This document shows positions 25,600-35,125 of a DNA stretch of 64,000 nt, piece by piece (position 1 is the stretch's first letter; the number at the start of each line of letters is the position of its first letter). The position numbers were made by a program, and so were the translations under genes. Location: NCBI GenBank assembly GCA_934378145.1, contig CAKXXW010000001.1, forward strand, positions 1,458 through 65,457, given 5' to 3'. The DNA is from an uncultured Eubacteriales bacterium. Lineage in GTDB: Bacteria > Bacillota > Clostridia > Oscillospirales > CAG-272. The notes under the pieces are model-generated. The model saw nothing but the letters and a program-made list of their open reading frames with translations. It ran no database searches and was not told the DNA's origin.

Positions 25600-27612
25600 A
25601 TGGCTGAAAAGATCAAACAGGCAAAAGCAGCACAGGAATACAACGATCAAAGCATCAAGTCGCTCAAAGGCGAGGACAGGGTCAGGAAACGCCCCGGCGT
25701 CATATTCGGCTCGGACGGGCTTGAGGGATGCGAACATTCGTTCTTCGAGATACTCTCAAACGCTGTCGACGAAGCGCGCGACGGTCACGGAAACGAGATA
25801 AAGGTCACAGCGTTCCTTGACCATTCGATAGAAGTAGACGACCACGGACGCGGAGTACCGCTCGGCTGGAACGAACCCGAGGGCAGGTATAACTGGGACC
25901 TCATTTACTGCGAGCTTTACGCCGGAGGAAAATACGAAAACAACTCGGGCAATTCGGCTTACGAATACTCTCTCGGACTCAACGGACTCGGCGCATGCGC
26001 CACGCAGTACAGCTCTGAATATATGCGTGTCGAATCCTATGACGGAACATACTGCCGCTCGATAGAATTCAGAAAGGGCAGACCCGTGACAGGCGAACTT
26101 GAAGAGCGCGAGCTTTCAAGAAGCGAGCGCCGCACCGGCACCGTAATACGCTGGAAGCCCGACCTTGAGGTCTTCACCGACATAAACATCCCCCATATAT
26201 TCTTCGCCGATGTGCTGAAGCGCCAGTCGGTCGTAAACCCCGGGATATGCTTCGTTCTTAAGCTCGAACAGCCCGACCACAGCTTCACAAGTCAGGAATT
26301 CATCTATGAAAACGGCATCTCGGACTATGTTTCGGAGCTTGCCGGCGATACGGCGATGACCCAGCCGGTGCTATGGCACCTTGAAACACAAGGACGCGAC
26401 CGCGCCGACAAGGACGAGTACAAGCTCCGCGCCGATTTCTCCTTCTGCGTGTCTAATACCGTCAATGTCATCGAATATTACCATAACTCAAGCTACCTCG
26501 AACACGGCGGTTCTCCCGACAAGGCGGTAAGGATAGCCTTCACCTACGCGCTCGACAAATACCTCAAGGCAAACGGCAAATATACGAAGAACGAAGCAAA
26601 GATAAACTTTCAGGACATCGCCGACTGCCTCATTTATGTCAGCAACAGCTTCTCTACCCTTACTTCGTATGAAAATCAGACGAAGAAGTCGATAACGAAC
26701 ACCTTCATTTACGAGGCGATGTGCGATTTTCTCAAGCACAACCTTGAGATCTACTTCACCGAAAACCCGAACGAAGCCGAAACATTCGCAAATCAGGTGC
26801 TTGTAAACAAGCGCAGCCGCGAATCCGCCGAAAGCACAAGGCTCAATATAAAGAAAAAGCTCACAGGCTCGATAGACCTCTCAAATCGCGTCGAAAAATT
26901 CGTCAACTGCCGATCGAAGGATCCCGCGGTGCGCGAGCTTTACATCGTTGAGGGAGATTCGGCACTCACCTCCTGCAAACTCGGGCGAATTGCCGAATTC
27001 CAGGCGATAATCCCCGTCAGAGGAAAAACGCTCAACTGCCTCAAATGCAACTACGAGAGGATCTTCAAGAGCGAGATCATCACGGATCTTCTGAAGGTCA
27101 TCGGATGCGGCGTCGAGATCTCCGGCAAGGTCAAGGGCGACATAGCCTCCTTCGACATAAACCAGCTTCGCTGGTCGAAGATAATAATCTGCACCGATGC
27201 CGACGAGGACGGATTCCAGATCCGCACCCTGCTCCTCACGATGTTCTACCGCCTGCTCCCCACCCTCATAAAAGAAGGAAAAGTCTTCATCGCGGAATCT
27301 CCGCTCTTTGAGATCACCGCAAAGGACAAGACCTACTTTGCCTACGACGAATTCGAGAAGGCAAAGATACTGAAAAAGCTCGAGGGCAAGAAATACACCC
27401 TCCAGCGTTCGAAGGGGCTCGGCGAAAACAGCCCGCAGATGATGTTTGACACGACGATGAATCCGGCAACGCGCCGGCTCATCGCGATCCGTCCGGCTGA
27501 CACAAAAGCCACCGCGTGGATATTCGAAACGCTTCTCGGCGACAGCATCGCCGACCGCAAGCAGTTTATCAGCGACCACGGTGCGGAGTATATAAAGGAG
27601 GCGGACATCTGA
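25600..27612 (+). CDS. Type IIA DNA topoisomerase subunit B (ParE/GyrB family, divergent)
   Basis: 670 aa. GHKL motifs are 'EILSNAVDEA', 'DDHGRGVP' and 'LGLNGLGA'. TOPRIM motifs are 'YIVEGDSA' and 'ICTDADEDGFQI'. The C-terminal motif is 'RSKGLGEN'. Confidence 0.8.
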   Translation: MAEKIKQAKAAQEYNDQSIKSLKGEDRVRKRPGVIFGSDGLEGCEHSFFEILSNAVDEARDGHGNEIKVTAFLDHSIEVDDHGRGVPLGWNEPEGRYNWDLIYCELYAGGKYENNSGNSAYEYSLGLNGLGACATQYSSEYMRVESYDGTYCRSIEFRKGRPVTGELEERELSRSERRTGTVIRWKPDLEVFTDINIPHIFFADVLKRQSVVNPGICFVLKLEQPDHSFTSQEFIYENGISDYVSELAGDTAMTQPVLWHLETQGRDRADKDEYKLRADFSFCVSNTVNVIEYYHNSSYLEHGGSPDKAVRIAFTYALDKYLKANGKYTKNEAKINFQDIADCLIYVSNSFSTLTSYENQTKKSITNTFIYEAMCDFLKHNLEIYFTENPNEAETFANQVLVNKRSRESAESTRLNIKKKLTGSIDLSNRVEKFVNCRSKDPAVRELYIVEGDSALTSCKLGRIAEFQAIIPVRGKTLNCLKCNYERIFKSEIITDLLKVIGCGVEISGKVKGDIASFDINQLRWSKIIICTDADEDGFQIRTLLLTMFYRLLPTLIKEGKVFIAESPLFEITAKDKTYFAYDEFEKAKILKKLEGKKYTLQRSKGLGENSPQMMFDTTMNPATRRLIAIRPADTKATAWIFETLLGDSIADRKQFISDHGAEYIKEADI

Positions 27613-28517
27613 TGAATTACTTTGACAGATTCTGCGTTGTCGGGGTCGCGAGGAGCCTTGTACTCTCGAATCTCGGAGAGGGCGCTACGAACTCGCCCGT
27701 GTATATCGTCTTCTTTGTCCTCTCGATAGCGGCGATAATCGCAGCGGCATATTTTCTCGGCGGGATAAACTTTGCGATCATCATATCAAAGAAAAAATTC
27801 GGTGCCGACATACGCGACTACGGCTCGGGCAACGCCGGAATGACGAATATGATGCGCACATTCGGAAAAAAGGCGGGTATCATTACCTTTGTCGGAGACA
27901 TAGGAAAAACAGTCGTCGCATGCCTGCTCGGTTATCTCCTTCTCGGAAGGCTCGGCGCCTTCGTCGCGGGACTTTTCTGCATGGTGGGTCATATGTTCCC
28001 CGCCGCATATAAGTTCAAAGGCGGCAAGGGGGTCGCCTGCGCCCTCGCAACGATCCTTATGACCGATGTCGGAAACCCCTTTATGTATCACATACCGCTC
28101 GTACTCGTCCTGACCCTCATCATATTTGCCGCGGTCTACCTTGTATCGAAATACATCTCGCTCGCGGCGATAATGAGTATGCTCATTTACCCTATGATCC
28201 TCTTCGTTTTCGAGAATGTCTCGATGTCTACTATCTCGGGAGATGAGACAGTGATGAAGGACCCCGCGGTATCCTTCTATGCCATAGATTTCGCATACTA
28301 CATCATAATAGCCCTGCTTATGACGACGCTCGTCGTGTTCATGCACAGGGCGAATATCGGGCGGCTCTTCCGCGGTAAGGAATCGAAGACCTACCTCGGC
28401 AAAAAGAAACCGGCTCCCCTTTACGAACAGCAGCAGGAGGAGGAAAAGAACACAGCCTCCGAAAGTTCCCAAAAGACAGGAAAAAACAATGGAAAACGCA
28501 AAAACAAACGCAAATAA
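27612..28517 (+). CDS. plsY: Glycerol-3-phosphate acyltransferase PlsY (with N- and C-terminal extensions)
   Basis: 301 aa from ATG 27612 (AAGGAGG RBS inside the upstream gene; TGATG overlap). Signature motif is 'GSGNAGMTNMMR', and 'KGGKGVA' is also present. Confidence 0.8.
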   Translation: MNYFDRFCVVGVARSLVLSNLGEGATNSPVYIVFFVLSIAAIIAAAYFLGGINFAIIISKKKFGADIRDYGSGNAGMTNMMRTFGKKAGIITFVGDIGKTVVACLLGYLLLGRLGAFVAGLFCMVGHMFPAAYKFKGGKGVACALATILMTDVGNPFMYHIPLVLVLTLIIFAAVYLVSKYISLAAIMSMLIYPMILFVFENVSMSTISGDETVMKDPAVSFYAIDFAYYIIIALLMTTLVVFMHRANIGRLFRGKESKTYLGKKKPAPLYEQQQEEEKNTASESSQKTGKNNGKRKNKRK

Positions 28518-29652
28518 GGCATCCGAACTGCTCAAAGAATCCTTTCTGTCACTCAGCCTCAGAAAAGCGGTATTCTCAAAGCCCGAAGACCGCGGGCTTG
28601 TCCGTGCAGTCGCGGTCTCAAAGCTCATCGGCGGCAGAACGGCTTTGCAACTTGAAATATTTCACTCTGACAACAAGGCGACCCACAAAAACCTGTTCTT
28701 CGCGGATGACGGATCGGATGCGGAACTCGAAAAAATGTTTGCCTCGTTCCGTCAGGTCAATATAATGACCACCGCGGGAGATTGCGAATACCGCCGCTCG
28801 GCATCGGGGAACGATGTCCTGCTCGGCGGAGACCGGCTGCGCGCAAGCCTCGGAAAGACTCACGAAAAGCTCTCCCCCGCCGCAAACAACAAGGAAAAGA
28901 ATCATATCCTCCGCGGAGACGAGCCTTTCCTTATCGCGCTCGGGATCAGTGACGAAAGGGGCAGACCGCATGACAAGAAGCTCCCGAAGCTCCGTCAGAT
29001 CAACCGCTTCCTCGAATATGTCAGGGATATAGAAAAGTACCTTCCGAAGGAAGGCACGCTTCACATATGCGATCTCTGCTGCGGAAAAAGCTATCTGTCC
29101 TTTGCCGTCTATCACTATTTTGCGAATATCCGTCGCCGCGATGTGAAAATGACCGGTGCCGACCTCAAAGCGGATGTCATCGAATACTGTAACTCTGTGG
29201 CGGCGTCTCTCGGCTTTACGGGACTCAGCTTTATCTGCACAGATGTAAAGCTCTTCTGTCCGGATACACTTCCCGCGCTTGTCATTTCACTGCACGCCTG
29301 CGACACCGCGACCGACATCGTGCTTGAAAAGGGTGCCGGCTGGCGCGCGCCCGTGATACTCTCGACGCCCTGCTGTCACCACTATATGAATCACAACCTT
29401 GACTGCCCGTGCCTGTCGTTCATCTCGGAACATTCCATGCTGAGGCAGAAATTCTGCGACGCGGCGACCGATGCACTGAGAGCCAAGAAGCTCGAAGCCG
29501 AGGGCTACTCTGTCGATGCGGTCGAGCTTGTCGACCCCGACGACACGCCGAAGAATATCCTTCTCCGCGCCGTTCTCAGGGGCGGTCCCGATGAAGCGGC
29601 GAAAAAGGAATACCTTGCCGCCTACTCATTCCTCTACGGTAAAAAAGAATGA
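28489..29652 (+). CDS. SAM-dependent methyltransferase (Methyltransf_32-like)
   Basis: 387 aa with 'ICDLCCGKSYLSF' (SAM-binding G-loop) and 'LHACDTATD'. The start overlaps the plsY tail by 29 nt. Confidence 0.6.
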   Translation: MENAKTNANKASELLKESFLSLSLRKAVFSKPEDRGLVRAVAVSKLIGGRTALQLEIFHSDNKATHKNLFFADDGSDAELEKMFASFRQVNIMTTAGDCEYRRSASGNDVLLGGDRLRASLGKTHEKLSPAANNKEKNHILRGDEPFLIALGISDERGRPHDKKLPKLRQINRFLEYVRDIEKYLPKEGTLHICDLCCGKSYLSFAVYHYFANIRRRDVKMTGADLKADVIEYCNSVAASLGFTGLSFICTDVKLFCPDTLPALVISLHACDTATDIVLEKGAGWRAPVILSTPCCHHYMNHNLDCPCLSFISEHSMLRQKFCDAATDALRAKKLEAEGYSVDAVELVDPDDTPKNILLRAVLRGGPDEAAKKEYLAAYSFLYGKKE

Positions 29653-30911
29653 CATATGTAAACGCGCGGAAATATCTTTCCGCTCACCGCGGCATACAGC
29701 CCTCGCCCGAGAGGATGAAGCTCCTCTGCCGTTACATAGACGATCGGATCAGACACAGAAAATGCGTACACATCGCGGGGGGATCGGGAAAGACCTCCTG
29801 CGCGCTCATGCTTGCCTCGATCCTTGACACATCGGGACTGAAAACGGGAGTCTTCACCCGCCCCGCTGCCGGAGAGGAGCGCTCGTCGATAGCTGTCGGG
29901 GGGACAGCGCTTTCCTGCACCGATTTTGCGCTCTGCACCGACAGGGTGTCGAAGGCAGCAAAGGCGATGACCGCCGATATTCTCGCGGCAAAGAGCAACA
30001 CGCTTACCCAGAGCGCGTCAAAGATTACAAAAAATCTGCTCGAGGGAAAGATCTCCCCCGAGCCTTCGTATGATGAGCTTCTCTGCGCCGTCGCGCTCGT
30101 ATGCTTCGCCGAAGCCCGCTGCGATGTCATGATACTTGAATGCGGGGACAGCCGCGCTGACCCTACCGGAGTGATAGAGCCGCCCGCGGTCTCGGTCATC
30201 TGCGGCAGTACACTGACACAGGAACAGCTCCGCACCGGTATAGGCATAATAAGGCGCGGCACACGAGAGGTCGTCAGCTCGGTCTCTCCGGGTGAGGCTT
30301 ACAGCGCGGTACTCAACTCCTGCGTGAAAGCCGGAAGCCGCCTGACAGTTCCCGCCCGCGCCGAGCTTACACTGCTGCACCGCAACCTCGGCGGAAGGGA
30401 CTTTGTGTACCGCGGAAAGGAATATCACCTTCCGCTCTGCCCCGAATATCAGGCGCAGAACGCTCTGACGGCGATAGAGGCAGCCTACGCTCTGCGCCGT
30501 ACGGGAGTCTCTATCGACGGTGACTCTGTCGTACGGGGACTTGCAAAGGCAAAGGTACCCCTGCGTTTTGAACTTATCTCGCTCTCTCCCTTTATCGCCG
30601 CCGACTGCCCCGCGAGCGGGACCGACGCCGCGGCGTTCTGCGAATCGCTGGGAGAGCTGTCGGAGTATTTCGGCAAGGACACGATACTCGTGACCCCGGA
30701 AACGGAAGGCTCGCCCGTCGGGGCGGAAATGCTGGCACTTTGCGGAATAAAGGTCAGAAATGTCCTTCATCCCTCAACCGACAGGGATATGCGTGAAACG
30801 GCAGGTACCGCCTCAGCGCTCTCAGCCGGAGAATCAATGCTTATCCTCGGCGATCCGGATTTTACCGGCAGGGTCACATACAGTATAAGAAAGCACCTCG
30901 GCATCGGATGA
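29649..30911 (+). CDS. Mur-ligase-family protein, FolC (folylpolyglutamate synthase)-like
   Basis: 420 aa with P-loop 'HIAGGSGKTSCALM' in the position of the FolC 'AGTNGKGS' motif. ATGA overlap with the upstream gene. Confidence 0.55.
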   Translation: MTYVNARKYLSAHRGIQPSPERMKLLCRYIDDRIRHRKCVHIAGGSGKTSCALMLASILDTSGLKTGVFTRPAAGEERSSIAVGGTALSCTDFALCTDRVSKAAKAMTADILAAKSNTLTQSASKITKNLLEGKISPEPSYDELLCAVALVCFAEARCDVMILECGDSRADPTGVIEPPAVSVICGSTLTQEQLRTGIGIIRRGTREVVSSVSPGEAYSAVLNSCVKAGSRLTVPARAELTLLHRNLGGRDFVYRGKEYHLPLCPEYQAQNALTAIEAAYALRRTGVSIDGDSVVRGLAKAKVPLRFELISLSPFIAADCPASGTDAAAFCESLGELSEYFGKDTILVTPETEGSPVGAEMLALCGIKVRNVLHPSTDRDMRETAGTASALSAGESMLILGDPDFTGRVTYSIRKHLGIG

Positions 30912-31352
30912 TCAGCGGCGGCGTCTTACCATTCTCTTCGGTCTGTAAGATGCCGCAAGTCCGCCGAGTATCGCCACGGGTATCAGCGGGAGACGGGTCA
31001 GAAACGCCTTGGCAAAACCTATCCCCGCTCCCGCGAGCGGTGCTATCGCAAGTGTCAGAAGCATCATAGCTCCACCGACGAGAAGCCCGCAGAGCGCCGC
31101 CATTCCGTTGCACCTGCGGCAGGCGACAAAGCCGCCTATAAAGACCGGAATGTAAAGTGCGGCGTATCCCGAGACCTTCACCGCCGTCCCCGCGTCGGGA
31201 CAAGCAAGAGACACCCCCGCAAGGATCGCCATAAGTACGACGGCGCTCACTACCGCCGCTAAAAGTCCGATCGGCAAAGAGCCTATCGCACGGTTCGGTG
31301 TTGCCTCGACAGAAGCCCTGCGGGGCTTTTTCCTTTTCTTTGATTCAGGCAT
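30912..31352 (-). CDS. Small integral membrane protein (unknown function)
   Basis: 146 aa with a basic N-terminus followed by 4 hydrophobic helices. Its stop codon directly abuts the stop of the convergent FolC-like gene. Confidence 0.5.
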   Translation of the reverse strand: MPESKKRKKPRRASVEATPNRAIGSLPIGLLAAVVSAVVLMAILAGVSLACPDAGTAVKVSGYAALYIPVFIGGFVACRRCNGMAALCGLLVGGAMMLLTLAIAPLAGAGIGFAKAFLTRLPLIPVAILGGLAASYRPKRMVRRRR

Positions 31353-31374
31353 GATATGTCCTCCTTAAAAATTT

Positions 31375-34008
31375 TCAGTAACCCTCCCTGTTACCGCCGA
31401 AGCGCCATGCGAGCTTCCGGAGGAAGTCCGCGGGTATAACGAGCAGCGACAGAAGCAGAGTGAAGGCAAGCTCGGCGGGGGTCAGCGGCACCGTCCTCAG
31501 CACCGCGCCGCCGAGATATATAAATGCTGTCTGTATCGCACAGACCGCCGCCATAATGAGTATGAACACACGGTTTTTTTGCAGTCCCGAGAAAAGATTG
31601 AGCCTATCCGTTCGTGCGCAGAAACAGTTGAATACGCTTGAGAAAATAAAGAAGGCAAAATACGCCGTGAGAAGGCAGATATTCCCTTCCGAGGCACGGA
31701 ATCTGCCCGTGATCGCCGGCATTTTCAGAAACGCTACGCCGAGCGCCAGGGTAAATCCGCTGTGAAGTATCAGACTGAATATCATATAACGGTTGAGTAT
31801 CGGCTCGTCGCGCCGCTTCGGCTTTTCCCGAAGGAAGCGCGCCGCCGGCGCCTCGCCCGCGAAAGCAAGCCCGCCGAGAGTATCCATGATTATGTTTATC
31901 CATAGCATCTGGATCACCGTGACCGGTGAATCGAAGCCTATAAAAGGTCCTATCATGGATATGCCGCAGGCACAGAAATTCATCGTAAGCTGGAGACAGA
32001 TAAACTTCCTGATGCTCTTGAAGACAGTTCTTCCGTAAAGCACCGCCTTTACTATCGAGGTCAGGTTATCATCAAGAATAATAATATCGCCGGCTTCCTT
32101 CGACACCTGTGTCCCCGAACCCATGGCAAAGCCTACATCAGCCTTTCTCAGCGCGGGGGCATCATTCACTCCGTCACCCGTCATCCCGACGACAAGTCCG
32201 GCTTCCTGCGCCACGCGGACAAGCCTACTCTTATCTGTCGGAAGTGCGCGTGCGACGACCGACAGCCTCGGCAATATCTCCCGCAGCCGCAGGTCAGACA
32301 TCCTTGAAAGCTCCTCCGAGGTCACGCAAATCCCGCCGTCATCCATAAGCCCGCAATCGGCGGCGATCCTTGCCGCGGTCGCTTTATTGTCGCCCGTTAT
32401 CATGACGGTATGTATTCCGGCACCAGAAAGCTGCCTTACCGCCCCGCGCGACTCGGGACGCAGTCTGTCGCGGAGAAGTACCGCACATACAAAGGCAGTC
32501 TCGTTCCCCACCCTGCGCGTGACGGCTATCACACGGTTCCCGTCTGCCATAAGCGAGGAAAGGCGACTCATAAGAGCCTCACCGCCGCCGCGCGTCACCT
32601 TGCCGTCCTTGTCTATAAATGCTTTCACAGCCGGCAGGAGCTTTTCGGGCGCCCCCTTCATAAGAGTAAGGCTTTCCTTTCCCGTAAGGCTCACCGACGA
32701 GGTCTTCACCCGACTGTCAAACGGTGTCCTTGACACGACCGAATACCCGCCGGGGCGGGCAGAACGCTTTACGGCTTCAAGCAGGGCACGGTCGGTCGAG
32801 TTACCTCCGCTGACCTTTGCTCCCGAGAGCGCCGATGATGTATTATAATAGGAAGAAAGCAAAAACAGCCTCAAAAGCGTCGGATTTCCGTGACGCTCGA
32901 GATCTTCAAAGGATGAATATGCCGTCCCGTCGCCGAGGACTATCCCGCAAAGCCCCGGGCGTCCCTCGGTGAGCGTTCCCGTCTTGTCGGTGAAGAGTAT
33001 GTTCATGCTCCCCGCCGCTTCGATGCCCGCAGCCTTTCTGACAAGGACATTGTCCTTCATCATCCGCCGCAGGTTGGAGGCAAGCACGACGGCTATCATC
33101 ATCGGAAGCCCCTCGGGAACTGCCATAACTATGACTGTGAGTCCGAGAGTGAACGCCGAGATGAGCTTTGATACGAGAAACTGTACATTGCCAAGCTTCA
33201 GCAGTATCGCCTGACCCGCAAAGCCGCTGTCAAGCACAAAAACATTGAAAAGGTAGGCAAGTGCCACAAGCGCAGCCATTATATAACCGATAATGCTTAT
33301 CTGCTTTGCGAGCTTTGTGAGCCTTCGCCGCAGGGGACTCTCGCGCGGGTCCTCCTGTATCTCCCGCGAGATCTCTCCGATGAAGGTGGCATCTCCGACC
33401 GCGCCGACGACGGCTTCGCCCTCACCCGAGATTATTCCGCAACCTCGGAAGACCGAAGAACGGTCGGACGGGTCGGCACGGAAGGTCTGCCCCGGGTGCT
33501 TCGTGATCTCAAGACTCTCACCCGTCAGCGCCGACTGGTCAACGCTGATTTCTCCCGATATGAGAAGCGAGTCCGCCGGTACCGTGTCGCCCGACTGCAA
33601 AAGCACGATATCGCCGACGACTATCTCCCTTACCGGTATCTCCGAGATCACGCCCGAGCGCCTGACGCGGCAAGTGCGCGTCTCGTTCCCCTCATCGAGC
33701 TTTGAAAAGGCATTCTCGGAAGAATGCTCGGATATCGTCGAGATCAGTGCCGCTATCAGCACCGCAGCCCCAATACCTATCGTTTCGGTGAAATTTCCGT
33801 CGCGGAAAGAAAAGATAAGGTTCACGACAAGCGCACCTATCAGTATCCTTATTATCGGGTCATTGAGATTCCCGAAAAAGCGCCGGATGAAGGTCTTTCC
33901 CTTTTTCCGCGTCAGAATGTTTGCCCCATGAAGGCGTCTCGACTCTTCGACCTGCCCCTGTGTCAGCCCCGGATGGGGCGCTGTTTTTTTCATATCCATC
34001 AGATACAA
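31375..34008 (-). CDS. Cation-translocating P-type ATPase (type II, Ca2+-ATPase-like)
   Basis: 877 aa with 'FTDKTGTLT', 'MITGDNKATA' and 'MTGDGVNDAPALRKADVG'. The exact start is ambiguous (TTG 34008, ATG 33999 or ATG 33993). Confidence 0.85.
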   Translation of the reverse strand: MYLMDMKKTAPHPGLTQGQVEESRRLHGANILTRKKGKTFIRRFFGNLNDPIIRILIGALVVNLIFSFRDGNFTETIGIGAAVLIAALISTISEHSSENAFSKLDEGNETRTCRVRRSGVISEIPVREIVVGDIVLLQSGDTVPADSLLISGEISVDQSALTGESLEITKHPGQTFRADPSDRSSVFRGCGIISGEGEAVVGAVGDATFIGEISREIQEDPRESPLRRRLTKLAKQISIIGYIMAALVALAYLFNVFVLDSGFAGQAILLKLGNVQFLVSKLISAFTLGLTVIVMAVPEGLPMMIAVVLASNLRRMMKDNVLVRKAAGIEAAGSMNILFTDKTGTLTEGRPGLCGIVLGDGTAYSSFEDLERHGNPTLLRLFLLSSYYNTSSALSGAKVSGGNSTDRALLEAVKRSARPGGYSVVSRTPFDSRVKTSSVSLTGKESLTLMKGAPEKLLPAVKAFIDKDGKVTRGGGEALMSRLSSLMADGNRVIAVTRRVGNETAFVCAVLLRDRLRPESRGAVRQLSGAGIHTVMITGDNKATAARIAADCGLMDDGGICVTSEELSRMSDLRLREILPRLSVVARALPTDKSRLVRVAQEAGLVVGMTGDGVNDAPALRKADVGFAMGSGTQVSKEAGDIIILDDNLTSIVKAVLYGRTVFKSIRKFICLQLTMNFCACGISMIGPFIGFDSPVTVIQMLWINIIMDTLGGLAFAGEAPAARFLREKPKRRDEPILNRYMIFSLILHSGFTLALGVAFLKMPAITGRFRASEGNICLLTAYFAFFIFSSVFNCFCARTDRLNLFSGLQKNRVFILIMAAVCAIQTAFIYLGGAVLRTVPLTPAELAFTLLLSLLVIPADFLRKLAWRFGGNREGY

Positions 34009-34075
34009 CCGTCCTTCTTTGTCCGATCCTTGGTTTATTTATATTCGCGCCGGCGGACAAATAACACGGAAAGGC

Positions 34076-34104
34076 TTGCTTTTTTTTGCCGGGTGTGGTA
34101 AAAT
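34076..34104 (+). promoter_or_regulatory. Promoter of the lipid kinase gene
   Basis: TTGCTT (34076-34081), 17-bp spacer, TGgTAAAAT (-10 at 34099-34104). Confidence 0.45.
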
Positions 34105-34132
34105 AGTATAAAATTTATCTTGGAGAATTCTG

Positions 34133-35089
34133 ATGAGGCATATTTTTATCGTCAACCCCGCAGCGGGGCAGTCCTCACACCTTGAGGAAATCAAAAACAA
34201 GCTGAAGGCTCTGAAGGACAGACATCATGCCGAAATTTACATAACAAAGGCTCCGCTTGACGCGACGGATTATGTCCGTCGGCGTTGTCTTGAATCACCC
34301 GATGAAAAAATGCGTTTCTACGCCTGCGGAGGCGACGGAACGCTCAACGAGGTCGTCGCGGGCGTAATAGGCGCCGAGAACGCCGAGGTATCCTGCTACC
34401 CGTGCGGAAGCGGTAACGATTATGTAAAGTGTTTCGGAGGCGCATCTCACTTTCTCGACCTTGAAAAGCTGATGGAAAGCCGCTCGGTTCCCGTCGACGC
34501 TATGAAGGTCTGCGGCAGGTATTGCATAAATGTCTGCAATTTCGGCTTTGACGCCGTCGTTGCGGAGACCATGGCATCCGTTCGAAGAAAAAAGATAATC
34601 GGCGGAAAAAACGCCTATACGACGGGTATCGCAAAGGCCTTGTTCACTGCAAGAGACAATGAATGTCGTGTATATGCCGACGGCGAGCTTCTCAATCCCG
34701 AGGGCAGAATGCTCCTGTGCACTGTTGCAAACGGTCAGTATGTCGGCGGCTCCTACCGTTGCGCGCCGCGCTCGCTCTGTAATGACGGGCTGCTTGAGGT
34801 ATGCCTTATAAAGCCGATGCCCCTGACGAAGTATTTGACTCTGATCAAGAGCTATTCCGAGGGAAAGCACCTTGACGACAGCCGCTTTGCAAACCACCTC
34901 ATGTACCGACGTGCAAAAAAGGTAGAGGTCTTTGCCGCGACCGAAGACTTCGGCGTCTGCCTTGACGGTGAGATGACAAAAGCCGAGCATTACAGCGTTG
35001 AGGTCCTCTACCGTGCCGTAAGGTTCGCAGCGCCGACCCTGCCCGTTGCCACAAAGAGAGTCGAAGAGATCTCCGAAGCGACAAAATAA
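34133..35089 (+). CDS. Diacylglycerol/lipid kinase (YegS/DagK family)
   Basis: 318 aa with 'IFIVNPAAG' and 'ACGGDGTLNEVVAG'. Confidence 0.85.
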   Translation: MRHIFIVNPAAGQSSHLEEIKNKLKALKDRHHAEIYITKAPLDATDYVRRRCLESPDEKMRFYACGGDGTLNEVVAGVIGAENAEVSCYPCGSGNDYVKCFGGASHFLDLEKLMESRSVPVDAMKVCGRYCINVCNFGFDAVVAETMASVRRKKIIGGKNAYTTGIAKALFTARDNECRVYADGELLNPEGRMLLCTVANGQYVGGSYRCAPRSLCNDGLLEVCLIKPMPLTKYLTLIKSYSEGKHLDDSRFANHLMYRRAKKVEVFAATEDFGVCLDGEMTKAEHYSVEVLYRAVRFAAPTLPVATKRVEEISEATK

Positions 35090-35093
35090 AAAA

Positions 35094-35117
35094 ACGAGCC
35101 TCAGGCTCGTTTTTTTT
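35094..35117. terminator. Bidirectional terminator
   Basis: Stem ACGAGCC / GGCTCGT flanked by A6 and T8. Confidence 0.8.
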
Positions 35118-35125
35118 GCATTACG

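Noticed and set aside
34009-34132. A possible riboswitch upstream of the first P-type ATPase, by analogy with the yybP-ykoY element of the second.
   Set aside because: The leader is short, shows no GGGGAGTAGC or AGCAAGAC blocks, and has no terminator hairpin.
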